Shown here piece after piece: positions 1 to 8,969 of a stretch of DNA of 64,000 nucleotides. The number at the start of each line of letters is the position of its first letter. The first letter of the stretch is position 1. The notes beneath the pieces are model-generated. The model made no database searches. It saw nothing but the letters and a program-made list of their open reading frames with translations, and was not told the origin of the DNA. The stretch lies in the NCBI GenBank assembly GCA_964478715.1, contig CAYZIY010000001.1:9088-73087 (forward strand), written 5' to 3'. The position numbers and the translations under genes were made by a program. Origin of the DNA: an uncultured Planctomycetales bacterium. GTDB taxonomy: Bacteria > Omnitrophota > Gorgyraeia > Zapsychrales > JBDRMG01.

Positions 1-1
1 C

Positions 2-742
2 GATGTTGAATATTATGCTTCACCAATTTTAAGGAGTCTTACTCAAAAGCTTTATCAGCATGCTGCTTGTTCGATGGATCTTCTGGTTATTTGCGTGTCG
101 AATCGCTTGGCCAAAACTTTAAGGCCTTATGGTTTTAAGAAAATCAAGGTGGTGACTAATGGAATTGATCTGGAGAAATTCTATATTGATGATCAATCGG
201 CTTATTTTAAAGAAAAGCAAAAAGATGTGGTGATTGTTATCTATGCAAGAAAAGACTATCGCAAGGGGCTAAATACCGCAATCAAAGCAATTGAAGAACT
301 TCAAAGAATGAACTGCAAACGTACTTGGAAAGTTTGGTTGATCGGAGAGAGGATAAGCTCGAGTTCTTTTAGCGATCATTTTAGCAAAAAGCTAGGTTTT
401 TTAACGGAAGGACAACTCAGATCTGTGTTAAGCGCCGGAGATGTTTTTGTATGTGCTTCCCGTCATGAAGGATTTGGGCTGCTTCCTCTCCAGGCGATGG
501 CTTGTGGATGTGCGATTGCCGCAACTGATACCTTGGATTTTGTTGTTCACGGAGAAACAGCCCTTGTATCTCGTGTTGATGATGAAAAAGAATTAGCTCA
601 AAACATAGCTTGTCTAATCGACGATAGTCAGTTGATGGAAAAACTAAAGAGAAAAGCTTTTCAGGAATCTCAGAAATATGATATTGGTGCGAGTTGCTCT
701 ATTTTTGAATCCGCTCTTAAAGAAGCTTCCGAGGCATTATGA
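2..742 (+). CDS. Glycosyltransferase family 4 (GT-B), 5'-truncated by window edge
   Basis: Frame open from base 2; RKGL and 'SRHEGFGLLPLQAMACG' GT4 motifs. Confidence 0.9.
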   Translation, partial: DVEYYASPILRSLTQKLYQHAACSMDLLVICVSNRLAKTLRPYGFKKIKVVTNGIDLEKFYIDDQSAYFKEKQKDVVIVIYARKDYRKGLNTAIKAIEELQRMNCKRTWKVWLIGERISSSSFSDHFSKKLGFLTEGQLRSVLSAGDVFVCASRHEGFGLLPLQAMACGCAIAATDTLDFVVHGETALVSRVDDEKELAQNIACLIDDSQLMEKLKRKAFQESQKYDIGASCSIFESALKEASEAL

Positions 743-1521
743 AAAAGGTAAAAATCATAAAGTTTTTAAATGGCATCGGCTTGTTTAATGTTGGCCGATC
801 CATCTGCTATTGGCTAGAGTCTTTTAATCCTCGCCTTATAGGGTTTTATGGCCTTTTTATTCAAAGGGGGAATCTTTGCTTTGATATTGGGGCAAACATC
901 GGAAGAAAGATCGATATTTATTTACGACTGGGAGCAAGAGTTGTCGCTCTTGAGCCACATCCTGAGTGTGCACAATTCTTGAGACGGAAATATCGATGGA
1001 ACAAGAATGTTACAATTATTCAAAAAGCCCTTGATGCGAAAGAAGGGACGAATGATCTACGAATGTGTGAAACAAATTCCTTATCGACACTTTCAGGGAC
1101 ATGGAGCGAAGCATGCAAAAAAAGTGGACGTTATAAAGATTTTCACTGGGATCAGAAAATACATGTTGAAACGATAACACTAGACCAATTAATTGAGCAA
1201 TACGGTATTCCAGATTATTGCAAAATTGATGTTGAAGGGCATGAGCTCAATGTTTTAAAAGGATTAACGAAGAACGTGCCAAAATTATCTTTTGAAATTT
1301 CAGAAGAAACGATTCAATCAGCGATCGCCTGTATTCGGTATCTTGACTCAGCAGGAAAAATTGTTTTTAATTTTGCCCACGGAGATATTCCGCAGTTTTA
1401 TTATCCTGAATGGCTGAGAGCGGATATTATGATTCAGAAAATTGAAGAAATGCCCGAAGATCAAATGTACGGTGATATTTATGCGGAATCTATAAATAAA
1501 CCTCCTAAGGAAGAAGAATGA
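739..1521 (+). CDS. FkbM-family methyltransferase
   Basis: 'FDIGANIG' SAM motif, 'ALEP', 'KIDVEGHE'. Confidence 0.9.
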   Translation: MKKVKIIKFLNGIGLFNVGRSICYWLESFNPRLIGFYGLFIQRGNLCFDIGANIGRKIDIYLRLGARVVALEPHPECAQFLRRKYRWNKNVTIIQKALDAKEGTNDLRMCETNSLSTLSGTWSEACKKSGRYKDFHWDQKIHVETITLDQLIEQYGIPDYCKIDVEGHELNVLKGLTKNVPKLSFEISEETIQSAIACIRYLDSAGKIVFNFAHGDIPQFYYPEWLRADIMIQKIEEMPEDQMYGDIYAESINKPPKEEE

Positions 1522-2111
1522 AGCTAGCCATATTTGATTTTGACGGGACGATGACGGAAAAAGACAGTTTTGTGGAATTTATTGTTTTCGCTGTGGGGCG
1601 CACAAGATTTCTTTTGGGATTGACAGTTCTTTTTCCTCCCTTGATAGCCTATAAACTTGGCTGGTTATCCAATGCAAAGGCCAAAGAAGCCGTTCTGAGG
1701 TATTATTTTAGAGGGTGGGAGCGTCAGAGATTTGACAAAATGGCCGATGATTTTGCGATTTCCCAGATCGACTCCTTATTAAGGCCTGAAGCCAGGGAGA
1801 AAATTCTTTGGCATAAGAGCCAGGGGCATCATGTAGCGGTTGTTACCGCCAGTCCGGAGAATTATCTCAAGCTTTGGTGTAGTCAAAATTCTTTTGATTT
1901 GATTGCCACCCGGCTTGAGATTGATGATGAGCGGCTGACCGGAAAAATCAGAGGCCTTAACTGCCACGGACAGGAAAAGCTAGAGAGGATCAAAGAGAAG
2001 TATACATTAGAAGACTTTTCTGATATATATGTTTACGGGGATAGTCCAGGTGATTTAGCGCTTAAAGAGATCGCGACGCATTTTTTCTACCAGGCTTTCT
2101 CTAAAAAATAG
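1518..2111 (+). CDS. HAD-IB family hydrolase/phosphatase
   Basis: 'FDFDGT' motif I, 'VTAS', 'YGDSPGD'. Confidence 0.9.
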   Translation: MKLAIFDFDGTMTEKDSFVEFIVFAVGRTRFLLGLTVLFPPLIAYKLGWLSNAKAKEAVLRYYFRGWERQRFDKMADDFAISQIDSLLRPEAREKILWHKSQGHHVAVVTASPENYLKLWCSQNSFDLIATRLEIDDERLTGKIRGLNCHGQEKLERIKEKYTLEDFSDIYVYGDSPGDLALKEIATHFFYQAFSKK

Positions 2112-2138
2112 AAAAAGGCTATTGAAGAAATCGTAAAA

Positions 2139-2846
2139 ATGCGAAGAATTGTTATTCTTGCCGTTCTTATAGCTGGATTAATCGGTTGTTTTCAAAATCA
2201 TCATCAGGGAGATTTTGCCTTGGAGAGAAAAGAAATGGTTCAAAGTCAAATTGAAAGGCGGGGGGTGAGCGACCCGCTGGTCCTTAAGGCCATAGAGAAA
2301 GTTCCCCGGCATCTCTTTGTCGATGAGGCTGATCAATCAGCGGCTTACGGCGATCATCCTCTGGGCATCGGTTATGGGCAGACGATTTCCCAGCCGTATA
2401 TCGTGGCTTTTATGACCGAGGCGGCCGGACTTCAAGAAGATGACCAGGTTTTGGAAATCGGCACGGGAAGTGGCTATCAGGCTGCGGTTTTAAGTAGGAT
2501 CGTTGATCAAGTTTATACGATAGAAATTATTCCCGAATTGGCTCAACAGGCCAAAAAGAGACTCAGAGATTTGGGGTACGAAAACATAGAAGTTAGACAA
2601 GGGGACGGATATCAGGGATGGCCCAAGCAGGCCCCTTTTGATGCGGTTATTGTGACGGCGGCGCCTCCCAAGCTTCCGCAAGAACTGATTTCTCAGCTCA
2701 AAACAGGGGGTCGCATGATTATTCCTGTGGGAGATTTTTACCAGGAGCTGATCCGGATTGTAAAGACGCAAGAGGGATATGAAAAGGAAAAGCTTCTGCC
2801 TGTTAGATTTGTGCCTATGGTCAGGGGCAAGGATAAAAGAGAATAA
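2139..2846 (+). CDS. pcm: Protein-L-isoaspartate(D-aspartate) O-methyltransferase with N-terminal lipoprotein-like signal
   Basis: 'VPRHLFV', 'GQTISQP', 'VLEIGTGSGYQAA', 'VRFVPM'; N-terminus MRRIVILAVLIAGLIG-C. Confidence 0.95.
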   Translation: MRRIVILAVLIAGLIGCFQNHHQGDFALERKEMVQSQIERRGVSDPLVLKAIEKVPRHLFVDEADQSAAYGDHPLGIGYGQTISQPYIVAFMTEAAGLQEDDQVLEIGTGSGYQAAVLSRIVDQVYTIEIIPELAQQAKKRLRDLGYENIEVRQGDGYQGWPKQAPFDAVIVTAAPPKLPQELISQLKTGGRMIIPVGDFYQELIRIVKTQEGYEKEKLLPVRFVPMVRGKDKRE

Positions 2847-2870
2847 GGGCGCAATTCGAAGAATGATTCA

Positions 2871-2899
2871 TTGACAGCTCACCGGAGAATCAGTATATT
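2871..2899 (+). promoter_or_regulatory. Sigma70-type promoter
   Basis: TTGACA-17 nt-TATATT upstream of AAGGAGG RBS and ATG 2938. Confidence 0.75.
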
Positions 2900-2937
2900 A
2901 AAAATAAGTCATAAATCACCTTAATAAGGAGGAAACA

Positions 2938-3351
2938 ATGGAAGAGCACTCTCAGCCTCAACCGCAGACTCAGCCGCAGCCCCAACCGCAACCGCAGTCC
3001 TCATCCGGCGGCGGGAATCAAGACAAAATGAATGCGATGCTTTGCCATCTTCTGGCTCTGCTGGGATTTATCGGGATTCCTTTTGGCAATGTTCTGGGTC
3101 CCCTGGTCATGTGGCTGGTCAAGAAAGACAGCAGTCCGCTGGTGGATGAAAATGGAAAGGAGTCGCTGAATTTTCAGATTTCGATGACAATCTACTTCAT
3201 TATATCGTTTGCTTTGACCTTTATTCTCATCGGGATTCCTTTGATGATCCTTTTGGCGATCGCCGATCTCGTTTTGGTGATCATGGCATCCGTGAAAGTG
3301 AATAACGGTGAATCGTATCAATATCCGATGACGATTCGATTGATTAAGTAA
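2938..3351 (+). CDS. DUF4870 (Tic20-like) membrane protein
   Basis: 'LCHLLAL', 'GPLVMWL', 'GKESLNFQIS', 'YQYPMTIRLIK'; three hydrophobic segments; strong RBS. Confidence 0.85.
   Translation: MEEHSQPQPQTQPQPQPQPQSSSGGGNQDKMNAMLCHLLALLGFIGIPFGNVLGPLVMWLVKKDSSPLVDENGKESLNFQISMTIYFIISFALTFILIGIPLMILLAIADLVLVIMASVKVNNGESYQYPMTIRLIK
2950..2997 (+). repeat. Low-complexity (QP)n tract at the protein N-terminus
   Basis: SQPQPQTQPQPQPQPQ with mixed synonymous codons. Confidence 0.7.
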
Positions 3352-3380
3352 TGGATTCTTCGGGAGTTTCGTTTTGATTG

Positions 3381-3435
3381 AGGGCAATCTTCCGCGAAAA
3401 GCTAAGAGAAACGAAAGCGGAAGATTGCCCTTTTT
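3381..3435 (+). terminator. Perfect 15-bp inverted repeat with 21-nt loop and T-tract (putative intrinsic terminator or attenuator)
   Basis: AGGGCAATCTTCCGC (3381-3395) pairs with GCGGAAGATTGCCCT (3417-3431), followed by TTTT. Confidence 0.6.
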
Positions 3436-3457
3436 ATGTGAAAGGAGAACGCTAGGA

Positions 3458-4309
3458 ATGAAAAGATCAATTATATTAGGATTTACTTTTTGTATGATCG
3501 TTATTTCCCCTGGCCTTTTATTCGCCCAGACGATGGGAGAGAAGCTCCAGAAAATGTTTGATTTTGAACTGGGAAGCGAAATGTTCTGGTATCAATATGA
3601 AGAGCCGGGGGTTATGGAAAATGAAGGTCTTTTTGGAGGAATTAACGGATCCATTGCAACATGGTTTTCTCTCTTTAATGCAGAAAGCACAACCGATCAG
3701 GATATGCTCAGATTGGAAACTGCTTTTGCCTGGGGTCAGGTAGACTATGATTCCGAAACCACCGGAAGCATGGATGACATTGACGACTGGCTGGTTGAAA
3801 TCCGAGGCCTTTTTGGTCATCAATGGCAGATGAAGGAAGGTGTTCTTCTCACTCCCTACACCGGAATTGCCTATCGTTATTTCAATGATGATAGCGGGGG
3901 CCGGACCACTACCACTAATCATGCCGGCTATGAGAGAGAATCAAATTATTACTATAGTCCTTTCGGTATTGATCTCGTGGTCGATCTTGATCAAAAGTGG
4001 TCGATTGGCGGCAATCTCGAATATGATCTGTTCTGGTTTGGCCAACAAAAAAGTCATTTGGGTGATGCTGTGGCTGGTTTGGATACCGTTGAAAACGATC
4101 AGACCAAAGGCTATGGCTACCGCGTCTCATTGAAGGTGATTTATAAAAGCGAGAACTTCGATTTTCTTTTTGAGCCTTATTACCGTTATTGGGATATCGA
4201 AAAAAGCGAAGAATCGCCGGTCACATACAGCGGTGTTGCCGTTGGATATGGCTGGGAGCCGCAGAATAATACCCAGCAGATTGGCATGAAATCCGCCATC
4301 CTTTTTTGA
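3458..4309 (+). CDS. Outer-membrane beta-barrel protein
   Basis: Signal peptide from ATG 3458 (AAGGAG upstream); aromatic-rich alternating beta strands; C-terminal Phe. Confidence 0.75.
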   Translation: MKRSIILGFTFCMIVISPGLLFAQTMGEKLQKMFDFELGSEMFWYQYEEPGVMENEGLFGGINGSIATWFSLFNAESTTDQDMLRLETAFAWGQVDYDSETTGSMDDIDDWLVEIRGLFGHQWQMKEGVLLTPYTGIAYRYFNDDSGGRTTTTNHAGYERESNYYYSPFGIDLVVDLDQKWSIGGNLEYDLFWFGQQKSHLGDAVAGLDTVENDQTKGYGYRVSLKVIYKSENFDFLFEPYYRYWDIEKSEESPVTYSGVAVGYGWEPQNNTQQIGMKSAILF

Positions 4310-4361
4310 TCACATCGCTTAATTATTATTTTAAGCTTTCATTTACGGCCCAAAAATAAGG

Positions 4362-5273
4362 GTGCAGCCGATGCTCTCTTTGTCGACAGCTTATCATTAT
4401 TCAACCAGTTCGGATATGTGCGCTATGCTAAGCCGCACCAAGGAGCTGGGTTTTGATTTTTTAGAGCTGGGATACCAAATCAGCGGTACGCATTTAAAGG
4501 AAATTATTCGCCTTCTTCCTGAGTTTGATCTGGGTGTTTCGGATGTGCACAACTATTGTCCAGTTCCCGATGACGGACCATCAAGAAATCATACATCTAA
4601 TTATTATTATTTATCCTCCCGTGATGATCAAGAGCGTCAAAAGGCGGTCCATTGGACAAAGGAATCCATTCATACGGCCAAGCGCCTGGGAGCCAAAGCG
4701 GTTGTTATCCACGCCGGAACTATTGAGTGGGATAATAATGAAATTTCTCTTTTCATGGACTGGGCACGAGCTGGTCGAATCCATACACCCGAGTTTGATG
4801 AATTGCGCAAAAAGATATTGGATAAAAGAGAAAAACGCAAAAATCCTTTTATGGACGCGCTTGAGGCAAGTCTTCAAGAGCTTTTGCCTTTTGCGCAAAA
4901 GCAGGGTGTTTTTATCGGCCTTGAGACCCGCTACTATCCTCATGAAATTCCCGACTCTCAGGAGATCGGCTATTTTCTTGAAAAATTTTCAGATTGTCGT
5001 TTACGCTACTGGCATGATATCGGTCACGGAGAGGTGATTGAGCGTTTTGGTATCGGCTCTCATCAAGACATATTAAAGAATTATCAAAAGCATTTGATCG
5101 GCGTTCATTTACACGGCATGAGAGGTATCGATGATCATGGCGCCCCCTTTCAGGGAGATTTTGATCTTAAGCCGTATCTAAAATATTTTCCGGATCATCT
5201 GATTCGGGTGATTGAAGCGCATCCTAAAGCAAGTTCGCAGCATATCAAGGAAGCCGTTTGCGAGCTTTCATAA
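4362..5273 (+). CDS. Sugar-phosphate isomerase/epimerase (xylose isomerase-like TIM barrel)
   Basis: 'VVIHAG', 'GLETR', 'WHDIGH', 'GVHLHG' metal-binding pattern. Confidence 0.8.
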   Translation: MQPMLSLSTAYHYSTSSDMCAMLSRTKELGFDFLELGYQISGTHLKEIIRLLPEFDLGVSDVHNYCPVPDDGPSRNHTSNYYYLSSRDDQERQKAVHWTKESIHTAKRLGAKAVVIHAGTIEWDNNEISLFMDWARAGRIHTPEFDELRKKILDKREKRKNPFMDALEASLQELLPFAQKQGVFIGLETRYYPHEIPDSQEIGYFLEKFSDCRLRYWHDIGHGEVIERFGIGSHQDILKNYQKHLIGVHLHGMRGIDDHGAPFQGDFDLKPYLKYFPDHLIRVIEAHPKASSQHIKEAVCELS

Positions 5274-5296
5274 AAAAAGAATAGAGAAAAAATTTC

Positions 5297-5761
5297 ATGA
5301 TGCTCTATATCGTTCGACATGGACAGGCCCATTCAAAGCAGGAAGATCCAGAGAGACGTCTCACCCTCAAAGGCAGAGAGGATGTGAGAAAGGTCACCTT
5401 GGTTCTGCAGAAGCAAAATCCCGCCATCGATGCGATTTATCACAGCGGTAAAACCAGGGCCCAAGAGACGGCTGATATTATCTATAAGCAGCTTGGTCTC
5501 CATTGTTTGCTGATGCGAAAAGATCATTTAAATGCGGATGACGATATTCAGGGTATTTATCAAAAGATCAAAGAGACCTCTCAAAATATCATGATCGTCG
5601 GACATCTGCCTTTTGTGGCGAAGCTGACTTGTCAATTGATCTGCGGCCAGAGAGAAGGCCAGACTCTTCCCTTTAGCGCAGGATCGATGGCAGTGCTTAA
5701 GCGCAAAGATGAACTCTGGAAACTGGCCGATTTTATTTCCCCTTCAAGTATTAACGCATGA
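5297..5761 (+). CDS. sixA: Phosphohistidine phosphatase SixA
   Basis: 'YIVRHGQA', 'RRLTLKG', 'HSGKTRAQETA', 'IVGHLP'. Confidence 0.9.
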   Translation: MMLYIVRHGQAHSKQEDPERRLTLKGREDVRKVTLVLQKQNPAIDAIYHSGKTRAQETADIIYKQLGLHCLLMRKDHLNADDDIQGIYQKIKETSQNIMIVGHLPFVAKLTCQLICGQREGQTLPFSAGSMAVLKRKDELWKLADFISPSSINA

Positions 5762-6756
5762 GAGATTTTCCGCAAAAGTTTTGTGATCGCTTACGAGAGA
5801 TTATACCTGACGAAGAAGCCGACTCTGTCTTGTCCTCTCTGCGGCAGAAGGAAAAGATCGCTGTTCGGGTTAATACTTTGAGAATATCAGGCACGCAGGC
5901 CTGGAACATTCTCAGGGAAGCCGGTATTTCCTTTCAAGAAATCCCTTCCATAAAAAATGCTTTTTGGATGGATTCCAAGGATATGGAGAAGGAAATATTA
6001 AGCGATGCTTTTCATCAGGGATGGTTCTACAGGCAAAGTATTTCCAGCATGCTGGCGTCGTTAATTCTCAATCCGCAGCCGCAAGACCGTGTCTTGGATC
6101 TGTGCGCGGCTCCGGGTAGTAAAGCCACCCAGATGGCTGCCCTGATGAACAATACCGGGCAGATTGTGGCGATTGAGAAAGTTAAGTCACGGTTTTATAA
6201 ATTGCAGACTGTCTGTCGGCAGATGGGAGTTGAAAATATAAAGTTTAAATGCATGGATGCCAGGCATTTTCGCCCTCAAGAGGGCTTGTTTGATAAAGTG
6301 TTGGCGGATGTCCCCTGCAGTTGTGAGGGGCGATTTCAAAAAGAACACCCGAAGACTTATGCCTATTGGAGCTTAAGAAAGATCAAAGAAATGAAACGCA
6401 AACAGAAGGGATTGCTTTTATCTGCCGGTCGTTGTCTTAAACCCGGTGGGCATATTGTGTATTCTACCTGCACTTTTGCTCCGGAAGAAAACGAAGCGGT
6501 GGTCGACTGGTTCCTTAAAAAGACTGAAGGTTGTTTTGAGCTTAAACCGATTTCGATCAAAGGGATAAAGACTTATGGTCCGCTTTCGCATTGGAAAAAT
6601 AAATCATTTGGCGATCAAATAGCATATAGTCTGCGAATTCTTCCTGACGATTATGGGGACGCTTTTTTTATGGCTAAATTTATAAAAATCGAAAAAAAAT
6701 TAATAAAACAGGAGAGACAGAGATGGATTCCATCCCCGCAATATTTCAAACCATAG
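5758..6756 (+). CDS. RsmB/RsmF (NOL1/NOP2/Sun) RNA m5C methyltransferase
   Basis: 'VLDLCAAPGSK', 'DVPCSCEG', 'VYSTCT', 'PEENE'. Confidence 0.9.
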   Translation: MRDFPQKFCDRLREIIPDEEADSVLSSLRQKEKIAVRVNTLRISGTQAWNILREAGISFQEIPSIKNAFWMDSKDMEKEILSDAFHQGWFYRQSISSMLASLILNPQPQDRVLDLCAAPGSKATQMAALMNNTGQIVAIEKVKSRFYKLQTVCRQMGVENIKFKCMDARHFRPQEGLFDKVLADVPCSCEGRFQKEHPKTYAYWSLRKIKEMKRKQKGLLLSAGRCLKPGGHIVYSTCTFAPEENEAVVDWFLKKTEGCFELKPISIKGIKTYGPLSHWKNKSFGDQIAYSLRILPDDYGDAFFMAKFIKIEKKLIKQERQRWIPSPQYFKP

Positions 6757-7016
6757 GTTTATTTGCTGCTGTTGTCTTGCCGATGTGGAATATCCCTTTT
6801 ATTATCCGTATTTGTCGCCGGAAGTCTTCCGAAGATGTTAGCCTGTATTGGGCTTTGGGTGTCTGGACGTGCTTGGTTTTGATGGCGCCTTCGGGTTTTA
6901 TTTCCAAAGATGTGGTCTGGCGCACGTTTAATATTGTCAATTTGATCCTTTTCAGTCTCCTTGTGATCGTTGTGCTGTATTATAGAAAAGGCGAAAGACA
7001 GAAATATGAAGAATAA
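6723..7016 (+). CDS. SemiSWEET/PQ-loop-like 3-TM membrane protein
   Basis: 97 aa, three TM segments, 'IPFIIRICRRKSSEDVS' resembling the PQ-loop segment. Confidence 0.65.
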   Translation: MDSIPAIFQTIGLFAAVVLPMWNIPFIIRICRRKSSEDVSLYWALGVWTCLVLMAPSGFISKDVVWRTFNIVNLILFSLLVIVVLYYRKGERQKYEE

Positions 7017-7037
7017 AAAAAGAAAGAAAATTCTCCG

Positions 7038-8390
7038 ATGAGTCAAATCGGGATAGCCCTGATTCTCTCTTACGCGCTTTATATCGATGCCCGTCTTCTG
7101 CAAAAGCAGGATCAACGGCTTTATCAGACTTATCTGAAATCTGATCCTTTTCAGTGGGTGGCGGCTTTTTTGATTCATGTTGGTATTTCTTTTCTTTTTT
7201 ATTTATGGATTGAAAAGATTCTACTCTTTCCGCTTATCGTCGTTTCTGTCTATCTTTTTAGACGCAAACCGTTTCAGACAGAATTTCAAAAACAAATTTC
7301 CAAAGACGATGTGCTGAACTTTTCTCATCTGGCCAGAATATCTAACGCCAGCGCAGTGATTCTCAAATGGGCATTATGTCTGGGTTTTCTTATCAGTTTC
7401 ATCGCTGCGGTTCCCGGTCTTAAGAAAACAATGAAATCCTCGAGTGAAATTTTTATTTTGCTTCAAATTATACCGACTACTTTGGTGATCTTTTTTATTT
7501 CTCGCCTGCGATACACATTTCCATATGAACCATTCGCGCATCAGGTCGGATTTTTAAAACCGCGTGCTGGCTTATGGAAGATGATCGTGATCGCAATTGT
7601 CTTTGCGGTTATTTTTGCCGCCATATCGTCGATAATTATTCTAAAGCGCGACGTGACGCCGTCCACGCCAATGAGTCAGACTCTGCAGTCGATTAGCTCG
7701 CCGATTTCTTTGGTTTCGTTTATGATTCTGGCGCTTTTTATTGCCCCTTTGGTCGAGGAGCTGATTTTTCGGGGTTATTTTTTTAATGTGCTTGAACTTT
7801 CCAGGGGAACACTCTGGGCGGTTGTGGGCATGGCTGCGGTTTTTACCGTTTTACATGTTGGTCAATATTGGGGCGATTGGGCGGCTGTCGTGATGGTCGG
7901 TTCCTTGGGTCTGGGGTTAAGCGGATTAAGGGCCTTAAGCGGATCTGTCGTTCCCGGCATTGTGGCCCATTACAGTTACAATATTCTGGTTGCGACTATT
8001 CCGGTTATCGTTCTTATGGTCAGCAATAACGCTTATATAAAATATACCCAGCAGTATCAATTCCTCACTGATGCGCAAAAAGAACAGCTTTTAATTGAAA
8101 GCATCGAGAATCGCCCGGAATTTATTGTTTCCTATAATGAACTGGCTTGGATTTATGCGCGGCAGGGACGCAAACTTGAAAAGGCTTTGGAATTGATTAA
8201 TAGGGCCCTTGAACATGACGCCAAAAATCCGGCTTATCTCGATACCAAAGCCGAAGTTCTTTATCGTCTTGGGCGCAACAGAAAAGCGGCAGAAATCGAG
8301 AAGAACTTGGTGGAGAAATTTCCTCACAATAAAGGATTTCAAAAACAACTGCAGAAGTTCAGAAGAGCTTTAAGGTCTGATAGAAATTAG
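7038..8390 (+). CDS. CPBP (Abi/CAAX protease-like) intramembrane metalloprotease with C-terminal TPRs
   Basis: 'EELIFRG', 'FTVLH', 'HYSYN'; TPR 'YNELAWIY...AYLDTKAEVLYRLG'. Confidence 0.85.
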   Translation: MSQIGIALILSYALYIDARLLQKQDQRLYQTYLKSDPFQWVAAFLIHVGISFLFYLWIEKILLFPLIVVSVYLFRRKPFQTEFQKQISKDDVLNFSHLARISNASAVILKWALCLGFLISFIAAVPGLKKTMKSSSEIFILLQIIPTTLVIFFISRLRYTFPYEPFAHQVGFLKPRAGLWKMIVIAIVFAVIFAAISSIIILKRDVTPSTPMSQTLQSISSPISLVSFMILALFIAPLVEELIFRGYFFNVLELSRGTLWAVVGMAAVFTVLHVGQYWGDWAAVVMVGSLGLGLSGLRALSGSVVPGIVAHYSYNILVATIPVIVLMVSNNAYIKYTQQYQFLTDAQKEQLLIESIENRPEFIVSYNELAWIYARQGRKLEKALELINRALEHDAKNPAYLDTKAEVLYRLGRNRKAAEIEKNLVEKFPHNKGFQKQLQKFRRALRSDRN

Positions 8391-8809
8391 CTTCGAGATG
8401 CCAGGATTTGCATGCGGCGAATCAGTTTTTGCGGGTCGACAGGCTTGGTGATAAAATCGTCCCAGCCCATATTATAGTTTTCCATCAGAGAATCTTTGTA
8501 GGCTGTGACCATCAGAATACGCGAATGTTTTTCCGAGGTGTGGTCTGCCGTTTCCTCAAAACCGCGGATAAAACGAAGGACTTCGAATCCGTCGATGCCG
8601 GGCAGAGTGATATCCAGAAGAATAAAATCGTAACATTTCTTCTTTTTGGATAATTTTTTGTATTCCTCGATGGCTTTTTCACCTGTGCCAACAGTTGTGC
8701 AGGTGGCATGGGGCTGAAGATGCTTCAGCAGTTGAGCCCGGGTTTCCAGATCGTCTTCGGCCAGGAGGACTTGCCATTTTTTTGAGGAACGTTTCTTCCG
8801 AGGTGCCAT
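8387..8809 (-). CDS. Single-domain response regulator
   Basis: 'LLAEDD', 'ILLDITLPGIDG', 'MVTA', 'ITKP'. Confidence 0.9.
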   Translation of the reverse strand: MAPRKKRSSKKWQVLLAEDDLETRAQLLKHLQPHATCTTVGTGEKAIEEYKKLSKKKKCYDFILLDITLPGIDGFEVLRFIRGFEETADHTSEKHSRILMVTAYKDSLMENYNMGWDDFITKPVDPQKLIRRMQILASRS

Positions 8810-8815
8810 ATTATT

Positions 8816-8844
8816 AGATTATCCAATCGCTGATAGGTTGTCAA
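8816..8844 (-). promoter_or_regulatory. Sigma70-type promoter placed for a leaderless transcript
   Basis: Minus strand TTGACA-17-TAATCT-6 nt-ATG(8809). Confidence 0.65.
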
Positions 8845-8911
8845 GCAAAAGAGAGAATCATGCGCCTTTGCTGAAAAAACCGTTTTCCAATCTGATCCAG
8901 CGAGTTTTTAC

Positions 8912-8940
8912 TTGTACTGGTTGTGATCAACGGTTAAAAT
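8912..8940 (+). promoter_or_regulatory. Sigma70-type promoter for terB-tatA-tatC
   Basis: TTGTAC-17-TAAAAT. Confidence 0.55.
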
Positions 8941-8969
8941 AATCTAAAATGAACTAATGCGGGGAAAAT

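Noticed and set aside
1-2111. AT-richer left end as a genomic island
   Set aside because: The composition shift is judged by eye only and is typical of glycan-modification clusters; no integrase, transposase or att repeats are visible.
3381-3431. c-di-GMP-I riboswitch suggested by GGGCAA...GAAA
   Set aside because: It lacks the GGGACGCAAAGC junction and the second stem; the region forms a single perfect hairpin.
7038-8390. Abi-family label read as a phage-defence system
   Set aside because: The CPBP 'Abi' name is historical; the motifs are those of an intramembrane protease and no defence genes are adjacent.
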